From: Lama glama
Taxonomy: Eukaryota
Reading direction: 5' to 3'
DNA length: 64,000 nucleotides
Assembly (NCBI GenBank): GCA_028534125.1
Contig: CM052816.1
Span: forward strand, 9,488,001 to 9,552,000
Part shown: positions 27,400-41,031 of the stretch, piece after piece
How positions within the stretch are numbered: position 1 is the first letter of the stretch
How the letters are laid out: every line of letters begins with the position of its first letter
The notes under the pieces: generated by a model
The model's input: the letters and a program-made list of their open reading frames with translations, nothing else
Databases searched by the model: none
What the model was told of the DNA's origin: nothing
Made by a program: the position numbers and the translations under genes

Positions 27400-27541
27400 A
27401 ATGTTTCACACCTGTCTTTTCTTTCATCCCTTCCTTCTTTCTTTGCTTCCATTTTCCCCTCTTTTCTCTTCTTCTTCTTTCCCCCTAATCTTATCCCTTG
27501 TCCCTCTCCCTGCCTCCTCCCTTACACTTTTTCACCCGCAG
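27400..27541 (+). promoter_or_regulatory. Extended polypyrimidine tract / AG-exclusion zone (about 140 nt) at the 3' splice site
   Basis: No AG between 27400 and the acceptor AG at 27540-27541; strongly C/T rich. Confidence 0.85.
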
Positions 27542-27742
27542 GAAAATAAAGACCAATTACTTCATCGTGTCTCTTGCCTTTGCGGATTTGCTGGTGTCAG
27601 TGCTGGTGATGCCGTTTGGTGCCATTGAGCTGGTTCAAGACATCTGGATCTATGGGGAGATGTTTTGCCTTGTCCGGACATCTCTTGACGTCCTGCTCAC
27701 AACAGCATCAATTTTTCACCTGTGCTGCATTTCTTTGGATAG
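27542..27742 (+). CDS. HTR4: 5-HT4 receptor coding exon (TM2, ECL1, TM3), 201 nt
   Basis: ccgcag|GAAAATAAAG...GATAG|gtaagg; [66 protein letters not shown](R); contains D2.50, C3.25 and the amine-binding D3.32. Confidence 0.98.
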
Positions 27743-29519
27743 GTAAGGCCAAAGCCGTGTGCATAGTGGATTTCCATACAGGAGACAACAACCTGGTGGC
27801 TTTTGGGCTGTGTCTTTGTTTCTTCCCTAATTCATTAGAGGAATGAATGTCAGAGAGGTAAATCTGGCTACTCACTATTCATTCAGTCTGCAGCTTTTGT
27901 ACACTGCCCACTTTTAGTCAGGCACTCTCTACGGCCCTGCAGACACAGAGGTGTGTAAGGCCTGGAACCCATCTGCAAGGAGCTTGCAATCTACATAGTG
28001 TCAGGTACCGGCAATCACATTTCCCATAGATAGAGCTCTCAGTTATATACTGATGGCATGAACAAATCTGAGGGTGCTGAGAGGCAAGAATTAATCTATC
28101 TGCCCAGCTGGCAGCAGGGTGGCTCAGAATGATAGTGTTCTGTTTGAACACGACCTTCTGAAAATGTGCCTGCTTCATAATTTTATATGCATCTTGAGGT
28201 ATGTGCCTGTGACTCTGGAGGCCCTTTTCCAGAAAATTATAAAATCCTCAGTAATTGTTTGCTTTTTGGACTCATGGCTAACATTTTATTACTATTGCAT
28301 AACTGTGGTTTTTTTTCCTTCACATTTGACTTCAGGAGCCCTAATAATTTCCAGCTTTGCCTCATTTGTTGGAGGTATATGTTTATCATTTGTATCAGCA
28401 CTTTTCATTTTCCAATTCCTGCTCAGTTGTATTAATTAATAAAGGCAGAATCCAGTTTAAAAGTCAAATGATTACTCGAACATATGCTACTATCACTTAG
28501 TCTTATCTTTTGGGGGTAGTTCCCAAAAGAAAGTATGGTGTGAAAATCATATGTTATCAGAATTGCCGGGGAAAATCTCTTACTGTCTCTTGAGTAGTTC
28601 AGCAAACCCCATTTTTCTCCCTAGTCGTGGGATAGGTGACTGTTCCTTTAATAGAGAAATAGGGAGACTAGTTGACTTATAATTAGAGATTGTTGTGTGT
28701 TTAAAATATATGCCTTTATACACTGAAATCAGAGTTTTCCCAGATAATTACTCACACTGGAAAAATCCTTAGGGACTGAAAGCAGGTGAGGGAACGGCAC
28801 ACTCAACACCTATTTTTATGGGACAGGTGCTTATTGATTGGAATGGTAGGTGTAATGGCCCGCTCTGTTTAAATTGTGCGTGTTCTCTCTTTCTTGCTCT
28901 GCCATGAACGTACGGATGAATGAGTAAGTTAAATGCATGAATAATGAGACTCCACTCAACAACTAGAGATAATGGCATTGGTAAAACTGAGCTATTGGTT
29001 GGCAGCCAGAACCACAGTGTCACAGTTTGAAATTTGTGTTTATTAGCTTATTTACAACAATCTGACTTCATGGCCTGAGAGATTTTTTAAGACAGTATAT
29101 TCTGTAAAAAAGTTCACGTTAGAAAAAACAAAATGTGAGGAAGTATAAAATATATGGAAATCCTGCAGGGTAGCCTGCACTTGATCATTGCCAAAATAAG
29201 TGACGAGACTGTAAGTGTTATAGGAACTTGGAGAAGGCAAAGCTGGGGAGATCAGGGCAACTGGAGGTAACCCTGAGGTTTGGCCCAAAGCCAGGGGAAG
29301 ATGAGAACTGGGTGGGGAATGAAGAATCGGGGGAGTGTGCAGTCATCTTCCTGATGTGGACAGTTTACTTGGGGCAGCCTTGAGAAAAGAATTGAAGGTT
29401 TCCTAGGACAGTTTGGCTTCATAATTCCAGACTGACTGTCAAGTTCTTCTGAAATTGTGAAATTTTCCCTGAGTAGGCCTGAGTTGTCATGAAGCAGAAT
29501 GGGCTTGTCTCTAAGAGTC

Positions 29520-29745
29520 ATCTGCTTTAGAACTGAGGTCTGGGTTCAAATCTCGGCTCAGCCAATTTTTAGCTCTGAGAATGACAATAAGTTACTAAGC
29601 CTTTCTGAGTCTCAGTTTTTTCACCTCTAAAAATAGGGGCAATCACACCTATTTAATAGGATCACAGTTAGGTTTAAGTTAGATGATCTATTTAAGGCAT
29701 AACATTGGCCCAGTTTGGCACAGCCCTCAATGTTAGTGAGTGTTA
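29520..29745 (+). mobile_element. MIR SINE
   Basis: ctgggttcaaatctcggctc...ctgagtctcagttttttcacctctaaaaatagg. Confidence 0.75.
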
Positions 29746-29859
29746 ATTTCAATTTCTTGTAACTGTACAACCAATGATCTTTCTTACCAAACTTGGACTT
29801 CTTTCTCAGTGAATAGCTTCTCCAAGCAGCTGCCACATCCAGAAACTAGATAGTTATTC

Positions 29860-30520
29860 TTAATTCAGTCTTTTCCTTATTGCCAACATTTACATAATGA
29901 CCAGTCCTATTGATTTTCCTTCCTAAATAGATCCTAAACTATTTCTCCCCATGTCTACCATCCTAGTCCAAACTAATATCCTCTCTTGCGTGTCATGGCA
30001 ACAACCTCCTGATTTTCCCCCACATCTGTTTTATCTCCCTCTAATCCGCTTGATACTTAAAAGATCTCACAGCCATCTTTTAACACTGCAACTCTGATCT
30101 CATTGTTCCTTTGCTTAAAACTCTTCAATGGCTTTTCACTGCACTGAGGACAAGACCAAACTCCTTGGCCTGTAGGGTTTTGTTCCCTCTGTTTCCAGTC
30201 TATGTCCCCAGCCTCACTGCATGACCTTCAGCAGCCTCACTCTCTAGGCTGCACTGCCTTGACCTTCTTTCTTTTTTTCCAGTGTTCTGTGTTCATCCAC
30301 CACAGGGCCTTGGCTCATACCTCTGCCTAGAAAGCTTCTTTGCTCCGTCCTCTCTTGCATGTCCTTTCACATTTTAGCTCAATCCTTTCTTCCTTGCAGA
30401 AGTCCTCTCTGACTCAATCAAACCTGTCATTCTCCTGTGAAAACTTAGGGCAATTGTGATTAAATCCACAGTTAATTTCTCTTTAATTTTTTCTTAAATG
30501 TCTCTATCTTCCCCAGTGGG
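29860..30520 (+). mobile_element. L2 LINE fragment
   Basis: ccatcctagtccaa...ctttgcttaaaactcttcaatggct...cagggccttggctcat. Confidence 0.7.
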
Positions 30521-33500
30521 GAAAAACACAAGGATATGAGTAAGAACAAGACCCCCACCCTCATGGAATTTACCTTTTAATTGGGAGATTGACAATTAAC
30601 CAGTAATTACATAAACACTGATTTAGGTATCTTGTAAACACCACTGAGTCCTGAGCACATCTGCTTTTTGAGCAGTGCTGCCAATAATTCCATTTCCTTC
30701 TCTGATAGTGAACATCAGAACTCCAACATCATAAGTTAAACACAGTCAAGTGGTTTGTTTTCTTCTGGGAGCTTGGAAAACTTGCCAGTTATCTCCATCA
30801 TTCCCTGTCCCACGAGGTGGAAGTTCCACTCTGATGTTACAGGACATTTTAGCCTGAAAGAGTATGATTGTATTTATCATCTAGCTTCTGTTTTGCTGTG
30901 TTCCTCTCAGCATGACAGTTGGGTAGGGCTGGGCTGGGCTGAAGTACAGAGTGAGTGTCTCAGGGAGGTGTGATGTTACCGCTTGCCATGTGACTCCTGG
31001 CAAGATGTTGTGTCCTCCTCTCTAAAGCTGCTCTGAGTCTTTTGGGTGACTGACATAGGGTAGTGTCTCTCAAGCAAGAATAGTCATAACTTGGTTCCTA
31101 ATTCCACCCAGATAGCAGACCCCTGGAGCAAAGTAAAATGCAAAGTTCCATTAATATTATAAGATGCATTTCTTCAATGAGCATTCTTCTTCCACTGTGC
31201 TTCCTGGTGCCTTGAAAATTGAATCCTATTAATGAAAGTTTATTGACTCATTAGAAATAATTTCCAAAACATAATTAAAATACATGCATCATATAGTATG
31301 GGTCAGGGAAGCTCAAAGACTGCATTAAAGCTTTACATATAATTGATAATTTTAAATCTAAGGTTCTGGTAAATGAAAACTAACCAAGTATAATAGAGTA
31401 CCGGTTTAAAGTGGAATATAGTGCAGCTGTTGAAAACCACGAGGAATAGCTATGTGTATTGTCCCAGAAAGGTCACTGGTATATTATGTGAGGAAAAAAG
31501 GCAAATTTCAGACATTAATGTTTAGAGTAATTCTACTTTTGTAAAATAAATATATAGATGTTTGTATCTGAGTGTCCATGAATGAGTGAGTGTGAGAGAT
31601 AGTAAGTATGAATGAAATTGTGCCAAATCGTTAACAATGGTTATATAGGGGCAGTGGGAGCTGTACTGGCTAGGCTGGACGGTCATTTAGATTTTAGTTG
31701 GGGCCCTCCGTTATTACTAATTTCTGAAATATACATCTTAAACTTTAGCTTTCTCTTTGCTAGAAGTTAGCACTCCTCAAATGTGAGAGTGTCTGCAGTA
31801 GCCTCTTAGCTGAGAGCATTTCTGGGACAGCACATTCCTCAAGTCACTGAGAACGTGAGGACTTTGGTGGTAGGTGTTCCCTCTGAGGTCGGAGCAAGGT
31901 GGGGAGCGTGGAAGTCATTCTGACCAGCATGTTCTTTCTGCTTTCTCATGAAATGCCCTAGATTCTCCCGCAAAGGGAGCCCTTGCATCTCCTGTGGGCA
32001 GATTCTTTCTCCCGAGGACCCTCACGTTTATCTTTCCTTCACTCCCTGCCAGTTCATGATCTTGTGTTTGATCTATTTCAACAAGATCTTTTCTAATCAT
32101 CACAGTTTAAAAAAAATCATAACAATAATACCTGAGCATTATTTTTAAAATGCCATCATTTCACAAGTAGAACATAAAAATGTCCCCCATTCTTCCTTTC
32201 CTTATACCCTAGGGTTAACAACTTTAAATAGTGGCCCCCTGTAAATTCCATTCATTTTGTATGCAATAAGCAGACTTGTTATGTGAATATATTTTTAGTT
32301 TACTCTAACAGATTAATGTTTTAAATAAGACTCTGAGGAGAGCTTTTTCTTTACATATCCTAAGGAATTTCCTGAGTGCAGTGTTCTTACCAACTTGCTT
32401 ATCATGTCATATATTAGTAAGATCTTTTTCAGCAGCGTGTGACAGAAAATAAATTGATTGGTTCAGAGCTGAAAAGTCAGGGCTCAGACATGGCTCTTCA
32501 GGGTTTGAATACTGTCATGCAGTCTAGCCCTCTCCCTTTGTCTCTGTCTTCATCTCCTCTTTGTCTCTTTCTTTCCTTCTATTTTTCTCTGTATCTCCCT
32601 CTCTATCTCGATTTCTCTATGTATGTTCCTATCTTTATATCTCTCCCTCTTTGCCCCTGTGCTGTTTTCTTGTTGGATCCATTCTCAGTCTGGTTTCAAA
32701 AAAACAGCCATTGACAACATGAGTCTTAAACCACCCTTAACTCATGAGTGCAAGGAAGAGAAGCCTAAATGCTGTTTCTCATGGAAGAACTTCCATTGGC
32801 TTTGCTTGAGTCAGATACTCTCCTCTTGACCAATCATCGTGGTGTGAGGATGACGCATCTGGTTGCTGGGCAGAGGTGAGGCACTGTTGCTGGTTTTACC
32901 AGAAGCATATGTCACAGGAGAATGGCATTTCCCTCTGGAGAGAGGGATGCTAGGCAGACAAAAATAGCAGATACCAACTTCTCTTATGCTGAGCAAAGGG
33001 GGCTTCCAGGTATCTTTACGGAGCCTCCACAACGAGACAGGTGTGTCATTCCCAAGTCTTCTTTATGCTAAGCCAGGTCTCTCTAGATCCTTCCACAGGC
33101 TTCATATTCCATGCTTTTCAGACTTTTAGCCATTCTGATGCTCCTTCTCTGATCACGCTGTACTTCGACGTACATGCTCAAATGCAGTTCCCTTTTAAAA
33201 AATCTATTTCACTTCATTGAGTGTACTATTCTCTATAGCATTGCAAAGTTTTCTCTTTGATATGTCCAACTGAATTGTCACTCTTCCTCTTGGAAGCCCA
33301 GGAACTTGATGTGTTTTATCTGCAAAACTCCTCCAATAGTTTCTCAGTCACAGATTTTCTTTTGAAACAGATTTGATTGTAAAACATACAATTCTGACTC
33401 AAAGATTGCATATTTCATCCTGTGCTGGAGATAAGTGTGCCTGCATTTCTTAATGATCTCCCTGGAGCATAACTCAATTTTATAAAGTGTAAATGAAAAA

Positions 33501-33689
33501 TATCTGTCACTGTGAACTCATGTCACACAATTACATTTGTTTTCCCAATAGGATTGAAATACATTTCTGCAAGGAATGCATGTTATAAGTTATCCCTTCT
33601 TACATACTCTTTGAGGGCAAGGCCATTACCTAATGGTGATATTTGTTTAGTTGAATTTCATGCTAGGGGATATGAAATCTTATTTTTAT

Positions 33690-34020
33690 AGTCATTTCAT
33701 CCAGTATTTATTGAGTGCTTACTAATTGCTGGGAGCAGAGCACTGGAAGAACAGTGGTGAATAATCAGAAAATCCCTGAATCACAGGGATTTTAGTCTAG
33801 TGGAGAATACACATAGTAAATAGGTAATTACAGAAAAATTATATAGTAAAATAGAGTAAGGAAAAGTCAAGGAATTTGTTGGAGCACATGACTGCCAATG
33901 CAGGGAGAGCTCCCAGAAGTGATACTGAAGCTGGGATTTGTGGATGATGCAGATGCCAGTAAGTGAACGGGGAGAGAGTGAGGTACGGAGAGCAACAGTT
34001 TCAGAAAATAACATATGCAA
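33690..34020 (-). mobile_element. L2 LINE 3' fragment
   Basis: tcatttcatccagtatttattgagtgcttact...tagtctagtggaga. Confidence 0.65.
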
Positions 34021-34658
34021 TGCTCCAGAGATTTTTCAGTAATAGAGGCTAAATTCTTAGCTTGTTTTTCAGGGCTTTCCCCCGCATTATCCTCAGTCTG
34101 TGTCTTTCCTATCTCAACTCCCACCCATGAGTGGTCTGTTATCTTTTCCTGAGTGTGCTGTGTTTCCTCGTAACTCCATATTGTACCTGTGTCTTGAGTT
34201 CCTTTTCTTTTCCTGGTGAACATCCAATCCTTCTTCACTACTCAGATGTGTCAGCTTGTCCACCAACTGACTGGGCTTCATTCCCAAAGATGTGTTGTTT
34301 CTTTCTCTGAGCTCGCTTAGAATGTTAAATATAAGCATTGCAGTGATCACTCATTTTATTGGTTTACTGGTTTCTTTGTCTCACACTAGACTACCAGCTC
34401 CCTGAGAGTCAGTCTTCCTTTCATCTGTTCCTGTGTTCTTACAAGTCCACAGTGGCCATTCCAGGCACCTTTAGCTGAGCCTAGAATGCTCTGAGATGTG
34501 ACTTGTGGTTGTTTGATATGACTTTGTTGTTAGTTTTTCTACCCTTTTAGATGTCCCAATATAGCAAGTGGTTAAGAATGAGGCCTGTGGTGCTAGGCTG
34601 CCTGGATCCAATCCCAGCTTGACCAGTTATCAATTGTGTGATCTTGAGAAAATGTCTT

Positions 34659-34936
34659 ATTTTATTTTATTTTATTGAGTTATAGTCAGTTTATAATGTT
34701 GTGTCAGTTTCTAGTGTAGAGCACAGTTTTTCAGTTATACATGAACATACATATGTTCATTGTCACATTCTTTTTGGCTGTGAGATACCATAAGATCTTG
34801 TATTTATTTCACTGTGCTATACAGTATAATCTTGTTTATCTATTCTACATATGCCTGTCAGTATCTACAAATTTTGTACTCCCAGTCTGTCCCTTCCCAC
34901 CCCACTCCCCACTGATAACAACAAGTTTGTATTCTA
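34659..34936 (-). mobile_element. Short L1 3' end inserted into a MIR (about 34555-35095)
   Basis: (tttta)n tail; imperfect TSD gatcttgagaaaatgtctt (34640-58) / gatcttgaggaaattgctt (34937-55). Confidence 0.85.
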
Positions 34937-35780
34937 GATCTTGAGGAAATTGCTTAAACCTTCTGGATTTTACCTTCTCATCAGTAAAATTGTGTCCATA
35001 CTAATATATTCCATCTGGAGTTAGGGAAGACTAAATTACTGAGTGTATACAAAGAATATAACTTAGCAAGCATTCAGTAAATGTTAGCCACAAGTATTAT
35101 TCCAATATTGCTTTCCTTTCTAAATACAAATTCCTGGTGGCTATTGTGGGCGCCTTCCCAGACACTGATAGTTGTCTTTTTCCTCCTATTGCATAGCTGA
35201 GTGTCCTTCAAGATTACACCCTCAGCCTTCAAAGCTCTGGGTATCTCGCCTCTCTTTTGTGGAGAGCCCACTCATCCTGTGGCTTCACCTGCACCTCTGC
35301 CCTTGTCCTTCCTGCAATGTTGTCCTGTGCTGGGCCCTCCGGGCTCTGTTGAACAGGTAGCTGCCTGTTCAACATCTTGCCGTAAGCATCTTTCTCTCTT
35401 CTCAACCCAAAGTGGAAATTTCCATCATAAACTAATATCTTCTTCCTTTTGTACATCACAGTGCATTTACTAGTCGCTTTTTAGTCATTTAAGTAATTCT
35501 TTGAGGGAAACTTTTACCTATCAACCATGACCAGCCAGATGCCAAATCATAGCTATATTTCTATAGATAACTTTAAAATCCATCTTTCTCCTCCTTGTTC
35601 TTTTTTTTTTTCATCCCATTTCTGGATTATTTGCAGTAGCTTCTTAATTAATATTCCTATGTATTATCTTATGTCAGCTTCATCTTTAAATATGTCTTTT
35701 TCTGTGTGATCTCAGCTCAGAAAGCTTATAGGGCCTGCATATGCATGCTTATACAGCATGGACTTTGACAGATGTGAGTT

Positions 35781-36604
35781 GTTTTTTTTCTTTACATTTT
35801 TTATTGATTTATAATCATTTTACAATGTTGTGTCAAATTCCAGTGTTCAGCACAATTTTTCAGTCATTCATGGACATATACACACTCATTGTCACATTTT
35901 TTTCTCTGTGATTTATCATAACATTTTGTGTATATTTCCCTGTGCTATACAGTGTGATCTCGTTTATCTATNNNNNNNNNNNNNNNNNNNNNNNNNNNNN
36001 NNNNNNNNNNNNNNNNNNNNNNNNNNNNNNNNNNNNNNNNNNNNNNNNNNNNNNNNNNNNNNNNNNNNNNNNNNNNNNNNNNNNNNNNNNNNNNNNNNNN
36101 NNNNNNNNNNNNNNNNNNNNNNNNNNNNNNNNNNNNNNNNNNNNNNNNNNNNNNNNNNNNNNNNNNNNNNNNNNNNNNNNNNNNNNNNNNNNNNNNNNNN
36201 NNNNNNNNNNNNNNNNNNNNNNNNNNNNNNNNNNNNNNNNNNNNNNNNNNNNNNNNNNNNNNNNNNNNNNNNNNNNNNNNNNNNNNNNNNNNNNNNNNNN
36301 NNNNNNNNNNNNNNNNNNNNNNNNNNNNNNNNNNNNNNNNNNNNNNNNNNNNNNNNNNNNNNNNNNNNNNNNNNNNNNNNNNNNNNNNNNNNNNNNNNNN
36401 NNNNNNNNNNNNNNNNNNNNNNNNNNNNNNNNNNNNNNNNNNNNNNNNNNNNNNNNNNNNNNNNNNNNNNNGTGTAGGAGGGTTCCCCTTTCTCCACAGC
36501 CTCTCCAGCATTTGTCATTTGTGGATTTTTGAATGATGGCCATTCTGACTGATGTGAGGTGATACCTCATTGTAGTTTTGATTTGCATTTCTCTGATAAT
36601 TAGT
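35781..36604 (-). mobile_element. Young 5'-truncated L1 inserted into a MIR, spanning an assembly gap
   Basis: TSD gatgtgagtt (35771-80 and 36605-14); antisense peptide [18 protein letters not shown]...KCWRGCGE. Confidence 0.9.
35972..36471. other. Assembly gap (500 N)
   Basis: N run. Confidence 1.
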
Positions 36605-37787
36605 GATGTGAGTTTTAAGTCCCAGTTCTACCATATCCTGGCCATGTGATGCTGGGCAATTGGAATAAATTCTCTGTGCCTTAGTTTCCTCATATTTAAA
36701 ATATGGATGATGAGAGCTGTCTTTCAGAGTTGCTGTAGGAATTATATCGAATTATATTTAGCATAGAATACACTTCCTGACACAGAGTGTACTCTCAAAC
36801 AATGGATGGTGTGTAAAGCAGAAATAGTCATTGTAGCAGAAAAGTAAGTGGACAATTGTAATACAGTTAGAGAAATACTATGTTGCAGATATATACAAAG
36901 TGCCGGGGAGGAAAAAAAAAAAACAGGCCGCAGATGGTGAGCCAAACCCTATCTCTGACAGAAAAGAGTCTCCTCCTGTGCTTTTTGGGTCAGAAACAAC
37001 CTTCCAAGGGATGTTACCCTTGGGCTGAATCTGAAAGGGTCAGTGGGACAGTTATCCAGTATCTGCTAGCAGACTGATCAATTCATATGTGTCATAAAGT
37101 ATACCTTGGTAACCTTTGTGTGTGTCCTGTTAACTCTGCTCAGATGTTTCCAGCTGACATTTTTGGCAGATGATCTTTTTCCTTTCGTCTGTAATCACTC
37201 CGAAAGACACCTACCTAGACAGCTGATATCCCCCTCCCTGCAAGTTTTCTTACTGTGAAGGTCTAGAAGTGTGTTTAACAGAGAAGAACATATAATTAAA
37301 TCTGCAGGTTGCACGTGGGATTATGATTCTTGCAAAGGCTTGACCTGATGTCCTCCAGATCTCTGACTGGAAGGTGCCTCTCCCTGTCCCCACACCCCTA
37401 CAGATTTTCCTTCCTGGAACCCACAGTTTTGTCTCCACTCTTGGCTGCGTTCTCAGTCACATTCCTGCCCCTGGCTCCTGGTGAATGTCCCCGCTGGGGT
37501 CTCTTTATTGATCCTCCAGGTGACTGGCAGCTTGTCAAGCCTCTTGGGACCAGAGGGAAAGGCCTTCAGGTTTTTCATGAAGCTACTGCTGCTTTACTCC
37601 CTTCTCCACTTCTCCAAAGTGGGACTGAAGGAACTAAAATATAACAAAACCAGTTACTAAGAGCAGAAAAATGAGTCTCTTGCTCTAGAGTTCTGCCACA
37701 AAACACGGATCACTTCCTGGAGGGAAGACTACAGCCCAGCCAGTGAACCCCACAGTTACCCCAGACTATGTGTTACCTGTTTACCCC

Positions 37788-38277
37788 TGTTGTGGTTGTC
37801 TGGTGCCATAATACATGTACCCCAAAACTTAGTGGCTTAAATAATAATGTATTATTAGATCTCACAGTTCTGTGCATCAGGCACTTGGGCTTGTCTGAAG
37901 TTATTTGGTGGTATTTAGCTGGAGACTGGACGGGCCTGGAGGGCCCAACACAGTGTATCACACACATGGCATCTTGGTGAGGTCATCTGGAAGGCTGGGC
38001 TCAGCTGGGCTTCTCTCTCTGTCCATGGGGGTCCCTATTTGTGATCTCATATTGATACCTATTAGATTTTTCATGTGACAGCTCCTGGTTCTGAGAAACC
38101 AAGAGTCCTCTTAAAAACTGGGCCTGGGCCTGGGCCTGGCATCCAGCACTTTTAATGTGCTCTATTAGTCAAAGTGATCCCAGGACAGCCCATATGTGAG
38201 CAAATGGGGCAGACTCCTCACCTCTGGTTGGGAGAAGTATCAAAGAATTTGTGGCCACCTTTATTCCATTACAACTA
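37788..38277 (-). mobile_element. ERVL-MaLR solo LTR (MLT1)
   Basis: accccaaaacttagtggcttaaa...ctcacagttctgtgcatcagg...ggaaggctgggctcagctggg. Confidence 0.75.
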
Positions 38278-39903
38278 CAACCTCTTACCAAAACTTGGAT
38301 GTAACCAATACCCTGTTTACACACAAGACAACGGAAACACAGAAAGACTCAGAGTGATTTGTCCAAAGTCATAAGAAACATCCATGAAAGAGCTGGGACT
38401 AGAACTTGCTTATTTGATAGCTAAAGGTAAGATGTCCCTTGTCAATCCTAAGTTTACTGATTCAGTGGAGTTCTTCATCCCCTTATCTTGAAGATGAATA
38501 CCTTGTGCTTTTTACATTAAGCATTGTGGAAAATAACCATGGTGAAATGTTTCTGTTTTCTGATTCCATTCCAACACTGAGGTCTTAGCAGCCAGCTGCT
38601 GCTTCATCTCTTCTCTCCTATGGTTGATGTTTCTTTCTTTCATTGATCTTGATTAGAGATTTGGTCTCAGTGATCACTCAGGATGCTGTCTTTAGCCATC
38701 TCAGGTAAGAGGGCTGGACCTGGAATGGGTCCATGAGAGGAGGCTACATATAATCAGCTCCACTGATTGCAGCCAATATGGTCTCAGTTTCCATTCACCT
38801 TTAGAGACCAACTCACGTACCTTTTTGTTTCTTAGAGTCAGCTGTCGGGAGAGATGTGGAACACGATGTCTTCTATTTTATTTGTCAAATAATTTAGAGC
38901 CCCTAGTTCCAAAGTGTATTTGAATTTGTTTACAGTAGCACTTATGAAACAAATATACGTGTACATGTAAGATCAGAGGGGCCGGGAGTAAAGATAGTAG
39001 CTGCTGTTTGTTAAGCTTTATGTACCAGGAACTTTCTAAGTTTTAAACATACTATTCCATCAATCTTCACAGCCAATCAAAGAGGGGAACATAATGTTCC
39101 CCACTTGACAGATGAGGAAACTGGATCTTGGAGAGGTTAAGTAACTGATCCTGACAGACTGATAAACAGACTAATAAATATTAAAGGCAGGGAGAGTTGG
39201 CACCTGGATGCGAAGACTGCTAAGATCCCTGGTTCTGAGAGTTTAGGGTTCCAGGTTGTTCTCCTTGCTCTTTCTGCCTTGCCTGTGGTTGCGAGGACAG
39301 GAAGTGAGGAAGAGTTTTCCTTAATTGCAGGAGAAGCAGGGAAGTGATTAGCATGGAACTTAAAATATACTGCTGCCTTCTAAGAGTTGTCAAAGTAAAT
39401 TGTGTCCCCAGAGACATTTAAAAGCAATTTGATCACATATTTACACGTGGCTGCAGTTGGGGAAGCTGGTGGCTGGTCTACCAAAGGGGATTTTTTTAAT
39501 GTAGTTTTGTGAGCAATACTTTGAAGTGTTTTGCATAAGAAATTACTTTGTAAATACCCTTGCTACATCTCAGATAATCTTGGCCATCTGGAACCTCACT
39601 TGTCATTTGAACATTCACTTAACCACTTTGTAAAGGTTTTCTAGTTACAGAAGAATGGGAATTGTCCAATGGAAGTCTAGAGAATAGATCTTATAGATTG
39701 CTCTAGTCCCGAGATGAAACACAATTGCTTTCTCTGATAAATACTATGCACTTAGCCTGTGAACTGACCACACTTTCTCTTGAATTTGTTGTAATTCAGT
39801 TCTTTTTAGTAGACCATGTGGCAGTGTTGATTGTGGTGGACATTTTTCAGTTCAAAAAAACTGTTGTTGACTCCTCCTAGCATAGCATTCAAAACCTGGA
39901 AGA

Positions 39904-40066
39904 CAGTGGTTCTCAGAGTGTAGCCCCCAAACCGCCAGCAACAATATCACTTGGGAACATATCAGAAATGCAAATTCTTGGACTGCATTCAAGATCTACC
40001 TGCAACTGGTGTTTGAACAAGCTCTCCAGGTGATTCTGAAGCACACTGTGGTTGGAGAATCAGTTC
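39904..40066. mobile_element. MER5A-like element
   Basis: cagtggttctcag...agaaatgcaaattcttgg...ctccaggtgattctga. Confidence 0.8.
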
Positions 40067-40125
40067 TCTGAGACCTGCCCCCATCCAGTTAACTTGTACT
40101 CTTTTTATATTTATATGGCTTTGTG

Positions 40126-40134
40126 GATATATGG

Positions 40135-40166
<32 letters not shown>

Positions 40167-40210
40167 ATATATCTCTCTCTATATATATATCTATAGATAT
40201 AGATATATCT
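40126..40210. repeat. (TA)n(TG)n(TC)n(TA)n compound microsatellite
   Basis: Read directly from the sequence. Confidence 0.9.
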
Positions 40211-40804
40211 CCATATAATTTCCTGTCTCTGGGCCTTTGTCTGCACTCTTTATAGCCCCTGGATTACACTTTTGCCTCCACCATTATTACCCAGTCTCTA
40301 AAATTCAACTTAAAAGATACTTTTTGTAGAAAGCCTTTCCCCATCCCCCTGCTAGAGCTGACCTTTCACATCCCCATAACTTGGTCCCACACTTTAATGT
40401 AATTTATTTTAATTGGTAGTGATTAAAGCTTTGCTATTCATTCAGCTCTTTTGTGAGCATGCTCTATATCTAGTACATACTAGGCATTAGGGATACAGCT
40501 GTGAACAGGCCAACATCTCTGAAACTTATAAATCAGTTAGAGATAGACTTTTCTCACCTCCTGTCCTAGCTCCTTGGTCATTCATTGTGCAGGTGTCTTG
40601 TACTGTACTGCTGGGTGTCCCCCAGCTTGTATTAAGTTAGGGTGGGCAGAGTGGAAGGTGGTGTACTAATCTTCTCTGGTCTGTGTAGAATGCATCAGAA
40701 TATTGTGCTGTCCTTGTGGCTCCCACTTTTAAGAGGGATGGACACTACAGCACATGCAGAAGGCATGGGGCCCCCGCTGTTGGTGAAAATCACCTCCTCT
40801 GAAC

Positions 40805-41031
40805 CAGTTTCTCAATTGTGTCCCTACTGTCATTGTAGACCACATGATTCTTTATTGGGTGAGTTGGGGAGTGTGCTGTCTTGTGCCTTGTAAGATATTT
40901 AGCAGCATCTCTGACCTCTACCAACTGGATGCCAGTAGCATCACCCTTTCCAGTTACGACAACAAAATATGTCTCCAGAGGCTGCCAAATAGCCTTTGGC
41001 AAACAAAATCAACCCTGGCTGAATACAACTG
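40805..41031. mobile_element. MER20-like hAT element
   Basis: atttagcagcatctctgacctctaccaactggatgccagtagca...atgtctccaga. Confidence 0.85.

Noticed and set aside
35830..36588. Long ORFs of 184-215 aa in the ORF track
   Set aside because: Artefacts of translating through the 500-N gap within an L1
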